A stretch of DNA of 64,000 bases from a virus (lineage: Duplodnaviria > Heunggongvirae > Uroviricota > Caudoviricetes). Positions 44,569 through 54,500 of the stretch are shown piece by piece. The position numbers were made by a program, and so were the translations under genes. The stretch is from IMG/VR virus record IMGVR_UViG_2595698548_000001, positions 194,140 to 258,139 of that record; one strand, given 5' to 3'. Position 1 is the stretch's first letter. The number at the start of each line of letters is the position of its first letter. The notes beneath the pieces are model-generated. The model saw only the letters and a list, made by a program, of their open reading frames with translations. It did not search any database and was not told the origin of the DNA.

Positions 44569-45408
44569 TTACTTGACGCTGATATTCGGCATCGCGCCGG
44601 GTGCCATGATCACGCACGTGGACTTCGCACACGCATCGCTGTACGCCTTGATGGCGTTGACTTGCAGCGACTGTTCGGCGGTGTAGCCCATCTTGTCGGC
44701 GTATTCCTTGTCCGCTTCGGCGCGTGCCTTCTCAGACTTCTTACGCTGGATTTCGGCAGCTTCTTTCGCAACCAGTGTCACAGAACGCTGCTGCTCCGCT
44801 GCCGTTTCGTCCAGCTGATCAACCACCTTGTCGTTCGGTCGCCCGCGGCCCATGTTGAAGTCGGTGATGATGACATTCAGCCCATCGGCCTTGGCACGAT
44901 CATTCAGGGTCTGCAGGAGTGCCTTCTCGATGTCCGCCGCCACAGTTGCATCAGATAGGAGCTGGCTCATGGTGTACGACTTTGCCAGATCGCGGAACGT
45001 GGACTGCCACGGTGCCATCAGGTTGTTGTCGAACCACTTTTCACCCTTGGTCTGAATGAGCTGGCGCGCATCCGTCACTCGCACTTGAATGGACGTCGTG
45101 TAGTCCAGCAAGTAGTTATCCTTCGTGGGCAAGTCCTCGAAGGGCAGTTCGATACGTTCTGGCAAGACGTTCACCGGAATGCCCACTGTGGTGAGCCATT
45201 CGACGCTTCGACTGCCGGACTTGAGCGTGTAGGGACGTACACCCTCAGCACCCCAGAAGTACGGACGATCCACGAGGACAACCTCCTGACCGTTCTCCGC
45301 GATGATCGAGTGCTTGAAGAACACCCAGATGACGACTTGGGCTACCACGAACAGGGCAGCCAGAGCTGCGATCAGCCACACGATAACGTGGCCACGATTG
45401 TTGCGCAT
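44569..45408 (-). CDS. SPFH/band-7 (HflC/stomatin-like) membrane protein
   Basis: N-terminal transmembrane segment (VIVWLIAALAALFVVAQVVIWVFF) then a band-7 core (..LLDYTTSIQVRVTDARQLI..) and a C-terminal coiled-coil (..AAEQQRSVTLVAKEAAEIQRKKSEKARAEADKEYADKM..). RBS AAGGAAA. Confidence 0.8.
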   Translation of the reverse strand: MRNNRGHVIVWLIAALAALFVVAQVVIWVFFKHSIIAENGQEVVLVDRPYFWGAEGVRPYTLKSGSRSVEWLTTVGIPVNVLPERIELPFEDLPTKDNYLLDYTTSIQVRVTDARQLIQTKGEKWFDNNLMAPWQSTFRDLAKSYTMSQLLSDATVAADIEKALLQTLNDRAKADGLNVIITDFNMGRGRPNDKVVDQLDETAAEQQRSVTLVAKEAAEIQRKKSEKARAEADKEYADKMGYTAEQSLQVNAIKAYSDACAKSTCVIMAPGAMPNISVK

Positions 45409-45425
45409 GTTTGTATTTCCTTGTG

Positions 45426-46085
45426 TTATGGGAAGTATTGCTCGACGATTTTCGCCAGGTGGATCAGCTTGTTGTTGCGGTGGGTTTTCTCGGTTTGCTC
45501 AACCTGCAAGCGCAGGTGCTTGATGTTCTTGTCCAGACGCATGGCATACGACCAGGCATCGTTGATCTGCGAACGCTCGCTGGACAGCATGCCTTCTTCG
45601 ATGCGGGCCGTTTCTGGCCCAGGGTGGACGCCGAGGTTGATCAGCGCCTGCCGCAGTTTCGCTTCCATGACTTCGAGTTTGTGCAAGCTGCCCCAGAAGT
45701 AGTCCAGCGGCATCGGCAGAACGGCCTTCAGTTCAGGGTCTTCTTGCAGGCACTCGACGACGAGAGTGTAACTTGGGTCAGTCAGCACCGACAGGGGAGG
45801 GCAGTTTGCCATTGCTTCGGTCTTGTACCGCACCACTCGGAACCCCAGGGTGTCGAGCATGATGTCGGCGTTATCCGCCAGCCAGTTGACATACTTCTCA
45901 TCGCAACCAACGCGAATGAAAACGCAGCTCAGGTCATGCAACCGATAGATGTCCAGATCGGCTGGCGGCTGGGACGACAGGAACTGCTGAAACGCAGGGC
46001 CATTGCGGTTGAAGATTGCGAGCGCCATGGACTCGATGCGCGGAATCTCACGCTCGATATGGACGATCGGGTCGTTTGGGTTCAT
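45426..46085 (-). CDS. hypothetical protein
   Basis: 4-nt overlap with the upstream gene. Confidence 0.5.
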   Translation of the reverse strand: MNPNDPIVHIEREIPRIESMALAIFNRNGPAFQQFLSSQPPADLDIYRLHDLSCVFIRVGCDEKYVNWLADNADIMLDTLGFRVVRYKTEAMANCPPLSVLTDPSYTLVVECLQEDPELKAVLPMPLDYFWGSLHKLEVMEAKLRQALINLGVHPGPETARIEEGMLSSERSQINDAWSYAMRLDKNIKHLRLQVEQTEKTHRNNKLIHLAKIVEQYFP

Positions 46086-46494
46086 AGCAGTTCCTCGATT
46101 GCAGTTTTGATGTCACCACGAATGATCGGTGCCCAGCGTAGATCAGAGAAGCGGCGATTGATGAAGGCCAAGTCGTGATCGGATGCGCCGTGCCAGTACG
46201 CAAAGCCCATGACGTAGACGCGGAACGCCATATCCATACGCATTTCTTGTTGCATACTCTGGCTGCCCAAGCGATGATAGCCGAGCGCGTTGATCCGCAC
46301 ATGGGCGTCATCCGGCATGAATCGCTTGAACGTGCGCGAGTGATACATGATTTGGCGCGGCAGCTCACTCTCGACCAGAAACGGATCGACACCGTCCAGA
46401 TGCGCCCAGTCCTCGCCGGCTGCTGCGCAAGCAGCCAACCAGTGGATGTTGAGGTACGCCTCGAGGTCAGACGCGGTCAGGTCAAGTGGCATGC
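46082..46494 (-). CDS. hypothetical protein (start uncertain; maximal ORF extends to 46867)
   Basis: The 5' 125 codons of the maximal ORF are low-complexity Ser/Thr-rich and overlap the 46551..47234 gene in another frame, so an internal Met start is more likely. Confidence 0.35.
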
Positions 46495-46550
46495 TGCCTG
46501 CGAGAATGAGCACATTCGGCACGGCGTTCGCGCACACTTCAAGCTGTTCG

Positions 46551-47234
46551 TCAAAACCTGTCCGATGAAATTCGCGGAAGCGGAGCCTGAAGTCGTTCTT
46601 GGTCGCGTCTACCCCATCCACTACCTGCATTCGCAAAGCCTGTGCGGCTTCCAGACAGGACGCCTTCGTAGTAGTAGAGGAGTTCTCGGCAGAGGGATTG
46701 CAAGACACGTTCGACATAGTTGAGCCTGCTTGGGTCCATGTTCGTGAGAGTGCGGAGTTTTTCTGCGGTGTCCGGGTCCACACGGTACAGTGGACGTATG
46801 AGAGCCAACACCGTTTCGATGATCCCTGTGATCGGGTGAAACTTGAGCGTGTGATTCCCCTGGACATCGCCGTACACTGTCATATCTACCGTGTGATCGA
46901 CAGTGAATCCGCAGACTTCCGTCAACGAATACACAGCGTCCATGTATTCACGGAACAAGGCCATGTCCCGAGTAAGCAGCTCAAATTCGAGCTTCGGGAG
47001 ATTGGATTTTTGAGTGTACGCAGGTGTTGCAGAGTGCCCTGAGTAAAATAGGTCCGGACTTGGAAACTGAATGTTCACGCTGAACGAACCGCCCAAGCGG
47101 CTACAACGCAGAAACAACGTGAACCACTCCACCATGAGCAACGCAGCCGGCTTGTTGTCCTCGTCGGCCTTGGTTTCAGCCAACTCCTTCAGGACATCTG
47201 CTAGCGCCCTTTCGCCTTGCCCGATTGCTTGCAT
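46551..47234 (-). CDS. hypothetical protein
   Basis: Overlaps the DUF4326 gene upstream by 34 nt. Confidence 0.45.
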   Translation of the reverse strand: MQAIGQGERALADVLKELAETKADEDNKPAALLMVEWFTLFLRCSRLGGSFSVNIQFPSPDLFYSGHSATPAYTQKSNLPKLEFELLTRDMALFREYMDAVYSLTEVCGFTVDHTVDMTVYGDVQGNHTLKFHPITGIIETVLALIRPLYRVDPDTAEKLRTLTNMDPSRLNYVERVLQSLCRELLYYYEGVLSGSRTGFANAGSGWGRRDQERLQAPLPRISSDRF

Positions 47235-47593
47235 TTCATCAGCCTCTTGACCTGTTTGATTACGGAGTCCCCATGGCAGCGCTCATTCGCGTCGCAGAAG
47301 CATACAAGCCGAACGTCATGTCCAGCTTGCAACCACTCCACGATTTTGTTGAGCCTCTCCATGATCGCCTTGTCTTTGTGCTTTACACTAAGCTCCAAGG
47401 CGGTGTCATACAGGTCGCACACTTCGTCGCGGTTGCCGTCTCGACCGAGCACGTAATCGTTACCCAAAGGCGACGGCCTGCCGATGAACTCATCAATCGT
47501 CGGAGCTTTTCGTGGGTCCAAAATAACGACAGGACGGCGGCTGTGATTGATCCGACTCAAGACGCCAAGGGTGTTGGTTTTGCCGAAAAGCAT
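47201..47593 (-). CDS. DUF4326-family protein
   Basis: ..IGRPSPLGNDYVLG..DRDEVCDLY.. resembles the DUF4326 signature (GRPSPWGNPF). Confidence 0.55.
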   Translation of the reverse strand: MLFGKTNTLGVLSRINHSRRPVVILDPRKAPTIDEFIGRPSPLGNDYVLGRDGNRDEVCDLYDTALELSVKHKDKAIMERLNKIVEWLQAGHDVRLVCFCDANERCHGDSVIKQVKRLMKCKQSGKAKGR

Positions 47594-48167
47594 TTGCTAA
47601 CTCCGGATCGTGGACCACAAGCTCCACATTCAATTGGTGGTTGGCGATTGAGGCTTCCGTGTTATTGCGCTCATCGCAGATCACGTCAAAGCCTTTGTTT
47701 TCCGAGAGTACGGAGCGAGGCTTGTCGAAGACGTACACCCACGGCATGGTGCGAGTAGGCGTGTCGTTACTCGTTGCAGTCACGGTGACCACAAGATAAC
47801 CTTGCGCCAACAAGCCTGCATCCCAGTCCACTTCCGCGACGACAGTGAACGGAGAATGCCCTTCGTAGCACACGTCGAGAAAACGCTCTATCAAACGATG
47901 CAGCGTTTCCTTGGCCGCGTCGGCAGCAACCTCTATCGGTGCGTTCTTGAAACTGGAACGCAACAACGCCAGAGTTGCGGAGTTTGCCGTGAACAAGGCG
48001 TTCATGAAGTACGTCGGTGCTTTCGGACTCTTGGCGTCGTGCAGAATCGCACACAGCGAGCGCCACGTCTCAGGCATTTCGTCAATCACCCTCTCCGCGT
48101 ATTGCAGATCGATGAAACGAGCGAGTACGCCACCTGCCTGCGGATCATTACTGAGCACGCCTAGCAT
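47493..48167 (-). CDS. hypothetical protein
   Basis: Its 3' end overlaps the DUF4326 gene by ~100 nt. Confidence 0.45.
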   Translation of the reverse strand: MLGVLSNDPQAGGVLARFIDLQYAERVIDEMPETWRSLCAILHDAKSPKAPTYFMNALFTANSATLALLRSSFKNAPIEVAADAAKETLHRLIERFLDVCYEGHSPFTVVAEVDWDAGLLAQGYLVVTVTATSNDTPTRTMPWVYVFDKPRSVLSENKGFDVICDERNNTEASIANHQLNVELVVHDPELANAFRQNQHPWRLESDQSQPPSCRYFGPTKSSDD

Positions 48168-48469
48168 TGTGCCTTCTCCAGCGGAGTGATGATAACGGTT
48201 CTCTCAGGCTTACCTGCAACGATCTTGGCCCCAGTAAAATCCGGATACTCCGTACGGTGCAGGTCGTCACGCCACTTGCCGCCTTTGGCTATGACGTTGC
48301 GACTGCGCTTGTAGTAGACGCCGCACTTACACGTATGGTCAATCTCGCCGCCGTCACCCGTGTCGTACTCGTCCGACAGGTAGGTGCGATCCTCGATCAA
48401 CGCACCGCACTTGCACTGCAGGACATGGATGTGAAGTTGTGGGTACTTAGCTTCCGCCATTGGCTTCAT
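48161..48469 (-). CDS. zinc-ribbon protein
   Basis: Two C-x-C-G pairs (..LQCKCGAL...HTCKCGVYY..). The start may be at 48484, 48469 or 48460. Confidence 0.5.
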   Translation of the reverse strand: MKPMAEAKYPQLHIHVLQCKCGALIEDRTYLSDEYDTGDGGEIDHTCKCGVYYKRSRNVIAKGGKWRDDLHRTEYPDFTGAKIVAGKPERTVIITPLEKAQC

Positions 48470-48704
48470 CCTCTGCCGTTGCATCGAGCAGTGCAGTCAA
48501 GCCATCGCGCAGCGCTACTAGGCTTTCTCGATCAGTAACCACACCGGCGCGATGGCCTCCTTCGAGTTCTATACCGAAGCCGGTGCCCCAGCTATCGTCC
48601 CATTTGACGACATCGATGTGACCTCCGCCATTGCCTTCTGGATACGCGCCTTTAAGGGCAAGATGGAAACCGGGTCGTTTGCTTTTGCGCTCTCGTGTGC
48701 TCAT
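48447..48704 (-). CDS. hypothetical small protein
   Basis: Internal ATG at 48704 (MSTRERKSKRPGF..) follows GGAAGTGAG and overlaps the upstream stop. Confidence 0.4.
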   Translation of the reverse strand: MSTRERKSKRPGFHLALKGAYPEGNGGGHIDVVKWDDSWGTGFGIELEGGHRAGVVTDRESLVALRDGLTALLDATAEDEANGGS

Positions 48705-48708
48705 CGGC

Positions 48709-49512
48709 TCACTTCCTGTTCCGCTTGCGACTCTTGGCTTGCTGTTTCCGCTTCGCCTTGTTCTTGGCGCGCTGCTTCTCACCAGGCCCTTTCAACGGAG
48801 GGTGGCCGGCGTAGTCCCAACCGTTAGACGTATCGACCACTACACGGCCGTCATCCATCTTAGGCAGAAAACCCAGGCTATCGACGTGTATGACGTACGG
48901 CGTCATGCCACGAGCTTTTCCATGGTCGATGTGGCCCACGGTGCCGACATTTGGATGATTTGCCTGTCGAGCAGTGCGCTCTTCCTCGCCCAGTATGTGA
49001 GTCAGGGCGTTTAGGTAGGGCATGGCATTGCGAACTTTTGCCTCGGCATCCGCTACGCTGCGGTCTTTCGAGGAGTCCCACTCGGTCCATCCGTCACGCG
49101 GCTCTCGGGCAAACATCATAAACTCGTGCCAGTCAAGCTCCACATGCCAGTCTTCGGCAATGTGTGGAAGCAATGCGATGAACGCATACTGGGTGTTGAT
49201 GTCCTTGAAACAAGCGTAGAAATCCAACCCACGCCCTTCGAGTACGGTGCGCGGTGCGGCCTCATCCTCTTCACCGTACGGTGAATTGCGAAAGCCTGGA
49301 ATAGCCGATGACATTGCACTGGGCACCCAGTCGCCGTAGCTGCTCAGGCAGAGAAAGCGAAAGGCTTCCGTTTCGGTAATTGCCTCGGGCAAGTCCAAGC
49401 TTTCCCACGGCGCGAAGTCGTTGTCCTCGTTTGGTGTGAAGCGTGGCGCCAGCGCAGTCAGCAGCTCCTCTTTCAAGGTAACGTGACCGCGAATGTGTGC
49501 GTAATCACCCAT
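48709..49512 (-). CDS. hypothetical protein with Lys/Arg-rich C-terminal tail
   Basis: Basic C-terminus ..KQRAKNKAKRKQQAKSRKRNRK. Confidence 0.5.
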   Translation of the reverse strand: MGDYAHIRGHVTLKEELLTALAPRFTPNEDNDFAPWESLDLPEAITETEAFRFLCLSSYGDWVPSAMSSAIPGFRNSPYGEEDEAAPRTVLEGRGLDFYACFKDINTQYAFIALLPHIAEDWHVELDWHEFMMFAREPRDGWTEWDSSKDRSVADAEAKVRNAMPYLNALTHILGEEERTARQANHPNVGTVGHIDHGKARGMTPYVIHVDSLGFLPKMDDGRVVVDTSNGWDYAGHPPLKGPGEKQRAKNKAKRKQQAKSRKRNRK

Positions 49513-49825
49513 GATCTTTCCTTGTTCGTATGTTGGTTAGCTCTCGGATTAGGTCGTCCTGCATCACAGAGAGCGGGCCGCGCAAAGGCGCCAAATGCTT
49601 TTCTGGTATGGCGCCAATTTCACTTTCGTAGTTCAGCCCAAATCGATCACTTAGAACGAGCCTGCCGCGGACGATCCAGACTCGCTCTCGCTTTTCGTTG
49701 TCCGTGGTGTGTTCACCGTATCGAACTACAGCGTCAGTGGTACAACGCACCAGCGTGACGCCACGCATCAGGTTTTCATCGTGCGCTGCCTTAACGATCA
49801 ACGCTGGATCGCCCACGTTGAACAT
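49505..49825 (-). CDS. hypothetical protein
   Basis: ORF in the early operon. Confidence 0.5.
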   Translation of the reverse strand: MFNVGDPALIVKAAHDENLMRGVTLVRCTTDAVVRYGEHTTDNEKRERVWIVRGRLVLSDRFGLNYESEIGAIPEKHLAPLRGPLSVMQDDLIRELTNIRTRKDHG

Positions 49826-49828
49826 GGC

Positions 49829-50371
49829 TTAGCCCTCGACAGAATCACGCAGGTGCTGCGCCTGTTCACGGTCGCGCATGGCGTCGATTGTTTCCTGCAG
49901 TTCTGCTTCTTTCGCCTTGAGCGTTTCGATTTCTGCAAACTGCGCACGTACCAACCGAGCAGATTCCTGATACAGGTTGGGTAAGATGTCATCGCCGATG
50001 CCAGTGACGTTGCCGACGTTGATCCCGCCCTGCTTGTCGCCTTCTTCGTCGAGTGCATCCAGAATTTCCTGAATCTGGCTCTGACTGAACCCGTTGAGTT
50101 GCAGGTATTGCACTGCGTTGTAGTCGCGCAGGTGATCGATGTCGATGCCGTCGCCTTGGCTCATGCCGTGAAGCATGTCACCAACAACGCCCACGCTCAG
50201 CCACTTGCTGTGATGGAACTCGCTGATCAGGTCATGATACGCTTCACGCAGGCGCGCATTCACAACGGCTTCGGAGTTCTCACGCTTACGCGGCCACATG
50301 CGAGTGACCACCATGACCAGAATTGCGATAACGACAAACTGCCACAGCGGCAGCGAAAGGGTATGCTCCAC
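49829..50371 (-). CDS. single-TM membrane protein with coiled-coil cytoplasmic domain
   Basis: Transmembrane segment LWQFVVIAILVMVVT. Confidence 0.55.
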   Translation of the reverse strand: MEHTLSLPLWQFVVIAILVMVVTRMWPRKRENSEAVVNARLREAYHDLISEFHHSKWLSVGVVGDMLHGMSQGDGIDIDHLRDYNAVQYLQLNGFSQSQIQEILDALDEEGDKQGGINVGNVTGIGDDILPNLYQESARLVRAQFAEIETLKAKEAELQETIDAMRDREQAQHLRDSVEG

Positions 50372-50380
50372 GGCATTCTC

Positions 50381-50584
50381 CTAGTATTGGACGTAGCGTT
50401 CTTTGATGAGTTGCTCGGCTTCGCAGTTGCTGTCCATGTAGACCAGCTCGCTGCACTTCGTTGCACCTGGTGCGTGATCCTGAATGAAGGCTTTACCCAA
50501 AGGCATCTGGACGCTACGGTCACTGTTGTAGAACCGCTCACGCCATTTTTCCCAGTCAATCGCTTTCAAGGTGATCGCACACAT
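50381..50584 (-). CDS. hypothetical small protein
   Basis: 67 aa. Confidence 0.4.
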   Translation of the reverse strand: MCAITLKAIDWEKWRERFYNSDRSVQMPLGKAFIQDHAPGATKCSELVYMDSNCEAEQLIKERYVQY

Positions 50585-50587
50585 TGG

Positions 50588-51085
50588 TTAGTCTCCGTAG
50601 ACAATGGCCGCCAGATCAAACGAGTCCCGCAGTAAGTTGACAAGCACGCCAGTAGACCCGTTGAAAGCGTGGGTGAGCCCGTGCTTCTCCACGTAAATCC
50701 AACCGTTCGCCTCATTGACGCGCAAGTACGCATCGCCAATACGCGCTACACCGCGATTGCTCCACTTGATCGGGAAGCGGTCACAGAACAGCGCGTACAG
50801 CCACGCTCCGCGATCGGTGTGGATGTGCGGAGCAGCGGTGAAGTGGTTGATGAGTTCACCGACCGACGTGATGACGAGCGTGGCAAACATCGCCTTCGGG
50901 AACTGATAACGAATGTACGGCCCATCGCCGTTGTGCTCTTGGTGCAACGTACCCAAGAAGCGCCCATCAGCGTCGTGGATTTCTTCGTCTCGCCGACCGT
51001 AGGATTTAACCTGCCAGCCGGCTTCGATCAGAGCGTTCACGATGTCGATGAACGCTTGGGTCTTGCCTTCGGTCGCTTGTCTCAC
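50588..51085 (-). CDS. hypothetical protein
   Basis: ORF in the early operon. Confidence 0.5.
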   Translation of the reverse strand: MRQATEGKTQAFIDIVNALIEAGWQVKSYGRRDEEIHDADGRFLGTLHQEHNGDGPYIRYQFPKAMFATLVITSVGELINHFTAAPHIHTDRGAWLYALFCDRFPIKWSNRGVARIGDAYLRVNEANGWIYVEKHGLTHAFNGSTGVLVNLLRDSFDLAAIVYGD

Positions 51086-51984
51086 AGGCTACCATCCCAT
51101 GCCAGTTCAGTGTGTGCGAAGCAGCTATAAAACTGCACCTCGCTCTCATGGTAGAACAGAAGGTTTGCCTTGCTCTTGAGCTCCTCGTCACCTTCCATGC
51201 CGATGGAGTTGCGCATGATCCCAGTGTGCAACTGGAAGTTTCTGGGCTCCATGACCAGCAGATACGGAGCTAGAACCTCCAGATCACTCGCACGGATCAG
51301 TGCGCGCCCTTGGCGCTGCTCGTTCGTGTTGTCATCGACCATCTTGAGCAACTGCACGTTGTCGGCCGCACCCGCGTCATCCAGATCACGCAACACACGC
51401 GCATCGTCGAACAAGGCAAACACCTCACTAAACTTCTCGCACGCATACCAACGACCTCCGAATTGCACAGCGTAGGTGCTGTGCCTCATCGCCGTCTTCC
51501 GACGGTCGTTGTGGTAGTTGTTGTAGATGATCTGCGCAAATGGCCGATCCGGAACTTCGCTGAATGCGATGTTGATGGCTGGGCATGCACGGCGGTTGCC
51601 GCTGAACCCAACCATGTCGAAGCGCACGATCTTGGTATGATTCTCGAACAGGAGTTCGGCGGTCTCCAGCTTCTGGATATGCTGACGCATTGCCTGACGT
51701 GCGTGCCGTTGCCGGTGGCGCAGTTCCTGCTCTTTCTTGAAGAACCAAGCCAGTCTCGGACCTGCCTGACTCACAGTCACCGTGACGGACTCTGCGCCCA
51801 TCTGCATGGACACAGCGTAGTTTTGGATGCTGAGCGACACTTGGACGTAGGAGTCCTTGATGTCGATGCCTACTTGAAACTCGCCTTGCTCCTTCACGCT
51901 GAATTGGCGATTCGGGTAGCGTTGCTTGAACTTCGCGGCGAGTGATTCGGCCGAACTCAGCAGGCTAGCGTGTGTGCGTTTCAT
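51082..51984 (-). CDS. hypothetical protein
   Basis: 300 aa. Confidence 0.55.
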   Translation of the reverse strand: MKRTHASLLSSAESLAAKFKQRYPNRQFSVKEQGEFQVGIDIKDSYVQVSLSIQNYAVSMQMGAESVTVTVSQAGPRLAWFFKKEQELRHRQRHARQAMRQHIQKLETAELLFENHTKIVRFDMVGFSGNRRACPAINIAFSEVPDRPFAQIIYNNYHNDRRKTAMRHSTYAVQFGGRWYACEKFSEVFALFDDARVLRDLDDAGAADNVQLLKMVDDNTNEQRQGRALIRASDLEVLAPYLLVMEPRNFQLHTGIMRNSIGMEGDEELKSKANLLFYHESEVQFYSCFAHTELAWDGSL

Positions 51985-51995
51985 GATCTGGTACC

Positions 51996-52355
51996 TCAGG
52001 TTCCCAACGGCGCATGGTCGCGCAGGTGGTGCATGTTGACGTTGGTGCTCGACCAGTTGTTCTGCAGGTGACTGATGAGCAGCGCATCCCGAGCGGGTCG
52101 AGACTTGACGCCGCCGAGCGATTCACTTTCGCCCCAGCAAGTCACCTTGCCTTTATCGTCGATGCTGACGAAGCCTGCCGACAGCACGTTGCCTACGAAG
52201 CAATTGTGGTCGTAGCGACGATAAGCAAGCGACACGGAGTCGTACATGCCTTTGTGGGCGATGATGTTGGCAAACAGGATGGGCACCTCGTGCTTACCGT
52301 TGGCGTCACGGCTTTCAAACTCGACGACGATGTACTTCATTTCCATAGGATGCAC
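51996..52355 (-). CDS. hypothetical protein
   Basis: ORF in the early operon. Confidence 0.5.
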   Translation of the reverse strand: MHPMEMKYIVVEFESRDANGKHEVPILFANIIAHKGMYDSVSLAYRRYDHNCFVGNVLSAGFVSIDDKGKVTCWGESESLGGVKSRPARDALLISHLQNNWSSTNVNMHHLRDHAPLGT

Positions 52356-52594
52356 CCTCCAGTGCGCTTTGCAAGTTCGTATGCTACTTCCATGGCGCGG
52401 TCACGGTCCTGATACGGCATGCCATCGTAGCAAGTCCAGAAGAGAAGACCTTGACCGCGCACTTCCACGTGCCAACCGAAAACGCCGTACGGGTTGTCGT
52501 AGTAGCGCACGCGCACTTGCTGTTCGCCGAAGTTCCAAGACCGCAGGGAAAGCTGCAAGTAGTGCAGCACCATGAACAACCAGTAGACGTTCAT
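52337..52594 (-). CDS. hypothetical small protein
   Basis: ORF in the early operon. Confidence 0.45.
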   Translation of the reverse strand: MNVYWLFMVLHYLQLSLRSWNFGEQQVRVRYYDNPYGVFGWHVEVRGQGLLFWTCYDGMPYQDRDRAMEVAYELAKRTGGCILWK

Positions 52595-52597
52595 AGG

Positions 52598-53014
52598 TTA
52601 CTCCGGGCGTGTCGGGACAGACACTTCGAGAATGTGGGGTCGAATCGGACCTCCACTTTCCATTGGGTAGATGTCCTGCCGAGACTCGAAGCAAATCTCA
52701 GCACACAGCTTACCGTTGCGAACAAGCATACGCCGAAGAATGCCGATACCAAGCTCTTCGTGGAAGACTGCTTCGCCTTCTTCCGGACACCAAGACACCG
52801 TACGCTTCTTGACCTCCTGAGTGTCTACGCCTACGACTCGGCCTTCATCTTCCTCGATGGAACGTGCCAGACGTGCGATGATTTCGGAGTTCATGCTGCG
52901 ATGGTGCGTACGGGCAACGTCCGCGATGCGTTCGCGCATGCCATCCGGCAAACGCACGACAAACTTGTCGGCGCTGCGGCTGTTATACGGCATACGGGAT
53001 TTCTCGTTATTCAT
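52598..53014 (-). CDS. Arc/MetJ-type ribbon-helix-helix regulator with C-terminal extension
   Basis: ..[33 protein letters not shown].. matches the Arc-like DNA-binding motif (RLP..L...L...A....RS.N.EI..RL). RBS AGGATGAG. Confidence 0.7.
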   Translation of the reverse strand: MNNEKSRMPYNSRSADKFVVRLPDGMRERIADVARTHHRSMNSEIIARLARSIEEDEGRVVGVDTQEVKKRTVSWCPEEGEAVFHEELGIGILRRMLVRNGKLCAEICFESRQDIYPMESGGPIRPHILEVSVPTRPE

Positions 53015-53056
53015 AATCTCATCCTAATGGGTGAACGACTTCTGTTTACACAACCA

Positions 53057-53665
53057 TCAGCGCTTGTTCGCTTCGCAGCACGGGCAGCCTTCGTGCGTGT
53101 TCACATTCGGACTTGCAGCGCCCGGGACCGCAGTTGCACGGAACATACGGTTCTCAAACTGCTTGAAGTGAATGTGCTCTTCCTGCTTGGCGAACACCAA
53201 CTCACCCGCGCGCAGACCTTCTCCTGCAACGCGGTCAATCCTTCTGTTCCCGGTAGCAATAACTACCTTGGTTTTGTGCACCTTCTTGTAGCGCGGAATG
53301 ATCGTGCAGCCGCGACGCCCAGCTTCCCAGAAATCCATCGGCTGATCGCGCCCAGCTTTGCCTGCTGCCGTATGCAACTTGGCGTACTTGTCGAGACGCA
53401 TCTGCCCGACGCTACGGCAGTCGCCTTGCTGCATGAGCACGTTGGTGTAGTAGGAACCGAGATACGCCAGACCCCACTTCGTTTCGATGTGATGCTCGCC
53501 ATTGGCGCTGCGCGTATGGATGATCAGCTTGCCGTTGAGCTTGCCGTAGTAGGTGCTCAGGACGTAATGCTTCTCCACGTCACGTCCGTTGTTGAAGTAG
53601 ATGGTCTGGCCGTAACGCAGCTTGAGCTTGCGATGCCAGCTTTCGGTACGCAGAAGGTTTCCCAC
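53057..53665 (-). CDS. hypothetical protein (C-terminal GCPCC motif)
   Basis: ORF in the early operon. Confidence 0.5.
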   Translation of the reverse strand: MGNLLRTESWHRKLKLRYGQTIYFNNGRDVEKHYVLSTYYGKLNGKLIIHTRSANGEHHIETKWGLAYLGSYYTNVLMQQGDCRSVGQMRLDKYAKLHTAAGKAGRDQPMDFWEAGRRGCTIIPRYKKVHKTKVVIATGNRRIDRVAGEGLRAGELVFAKQEEHIHFKQFENRMFRATAVPGAASPNVNTHEGCPCCEANKR

Positions 53666-53666
53666 G

Positions 53667-54500
53667 TTACACCTCCTCGACGTTTGCTTTGGCGCGCAGC
53701 ATGTAGGTGCTCTCCATTTCCTGCGCGAACGCGAACGCGGTCTGGTTCACTTGTTCCCATCCGCTAGGCACTTCAAACAAGCGCTCCTGCGGCAAGCGCA
53801 TGAACAGGCCTAGGGCCAGGTGATCGAAGCGTGCAGGCAGCAACTGGGTACGCTTGCCGTCGATCTTGGCGCTGCCCATCGCACGAAACACACCGAACGC
53901 GGTGGCGAAGAAGTCGTTGACCTCGCTCGGCCCCTGCACTTCGCCTTTGAGCTGTTCGAGCAGTTCCTGAGCTTTGCGCCCAAAGGTCGTGCGCTTGTCG
54001 GGTTGCGCCATGACGACACCGCCGAACTCATCGTAGTTGTCGATGACTGTCCAGTTGCAGAACGTGTGCAACTGCCTGTCTGTCCACGCAGCTTCAACTT
54101 CGTCACGCGCAGGAGCCATGCCGGGTTTGGTGCGGAAGAGCACACCGGCGACAGACAAACCTTCCAGCGGATGCCACGACGTTGCGATGTCCAAGCACTG
54201 GAAGTGCGTGTCAGCAAACGTCTTGAGCTTGTCAGCCAGAAACTCCTTGTGGGTCTTCTGATCCAGATAGAGCTGGTCGAAGTCGAAGTCCTCGGCCTCG
54301 CGAAAGATGAAGTAGTGGTACGCGCTGTTCAGCGGTTCCATGTGGTTGATGATGGTCTCCAGCAGTTGCTTGTCCTGCTTGGATACCATAGATGCGTACT
54401 TGTGCATGTACTTGAGTCCATTGAACGGGCTGTTGGCCATATCGTAGGCCAGTGTTGTCGGATCGTCGATGCTGCCATCGCGTACAGTCTGTTTACGCAT
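53667..54500 (-). CDS. hypothetical protein
   Basis: Start chosen at the internal Met (MRKQTV..), preceded by GGGGG. The maximal ORF extends to 54608, overlapping the next gene. Confidence 0.45.
   Translation of the reverse strand: MRKQTVRDGSIDDPTTLAYDMANSPFNGLKYMHKYASMVSKQDKQLLETIINHMEPLNSAYHYFIFREAEDFDFDQLYLDQKTHKEFLADKLKTFADTHFQCLDIATSWHPLEGLSVAGVLFRTKPGMAPARDEVEAAWTDRQLHTFCNWTVIDNYDEFGGVVMAQPDKRTTFGRKAQELLEQLKGEVQGPSEVNDFFATAFGVFRAMGSAKIDGKRTQLLPARFDHLALGLFMRLPQERLFEVPSGWEQVNQTAFAFAQEMESTYMLRAKANVEEV

Noticed and set aside
46082-46867. Full-length 261-aa reading of the minus-strand ORF
   Set aside because: The first ~125 codons overlap the 46551..47234 gene in another frame and are Ser/Thr low-complexity. 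A shorter product from an internal Met is more plausible. This is unresolved.
52451-53767. 438-aa plus-strand ORF across the Arc-like and neighbouring early genes
   Set aside because: It runs antisense through four well-formed minus-strand genes with proper RBSs and is Arg/His-rich low-complexity. The same reasoning applies to the other plus-strand ORFs between 41900 and 64000 (e.g. 45085..45702, 45411..46178, 53820..54662, 60113..60934).
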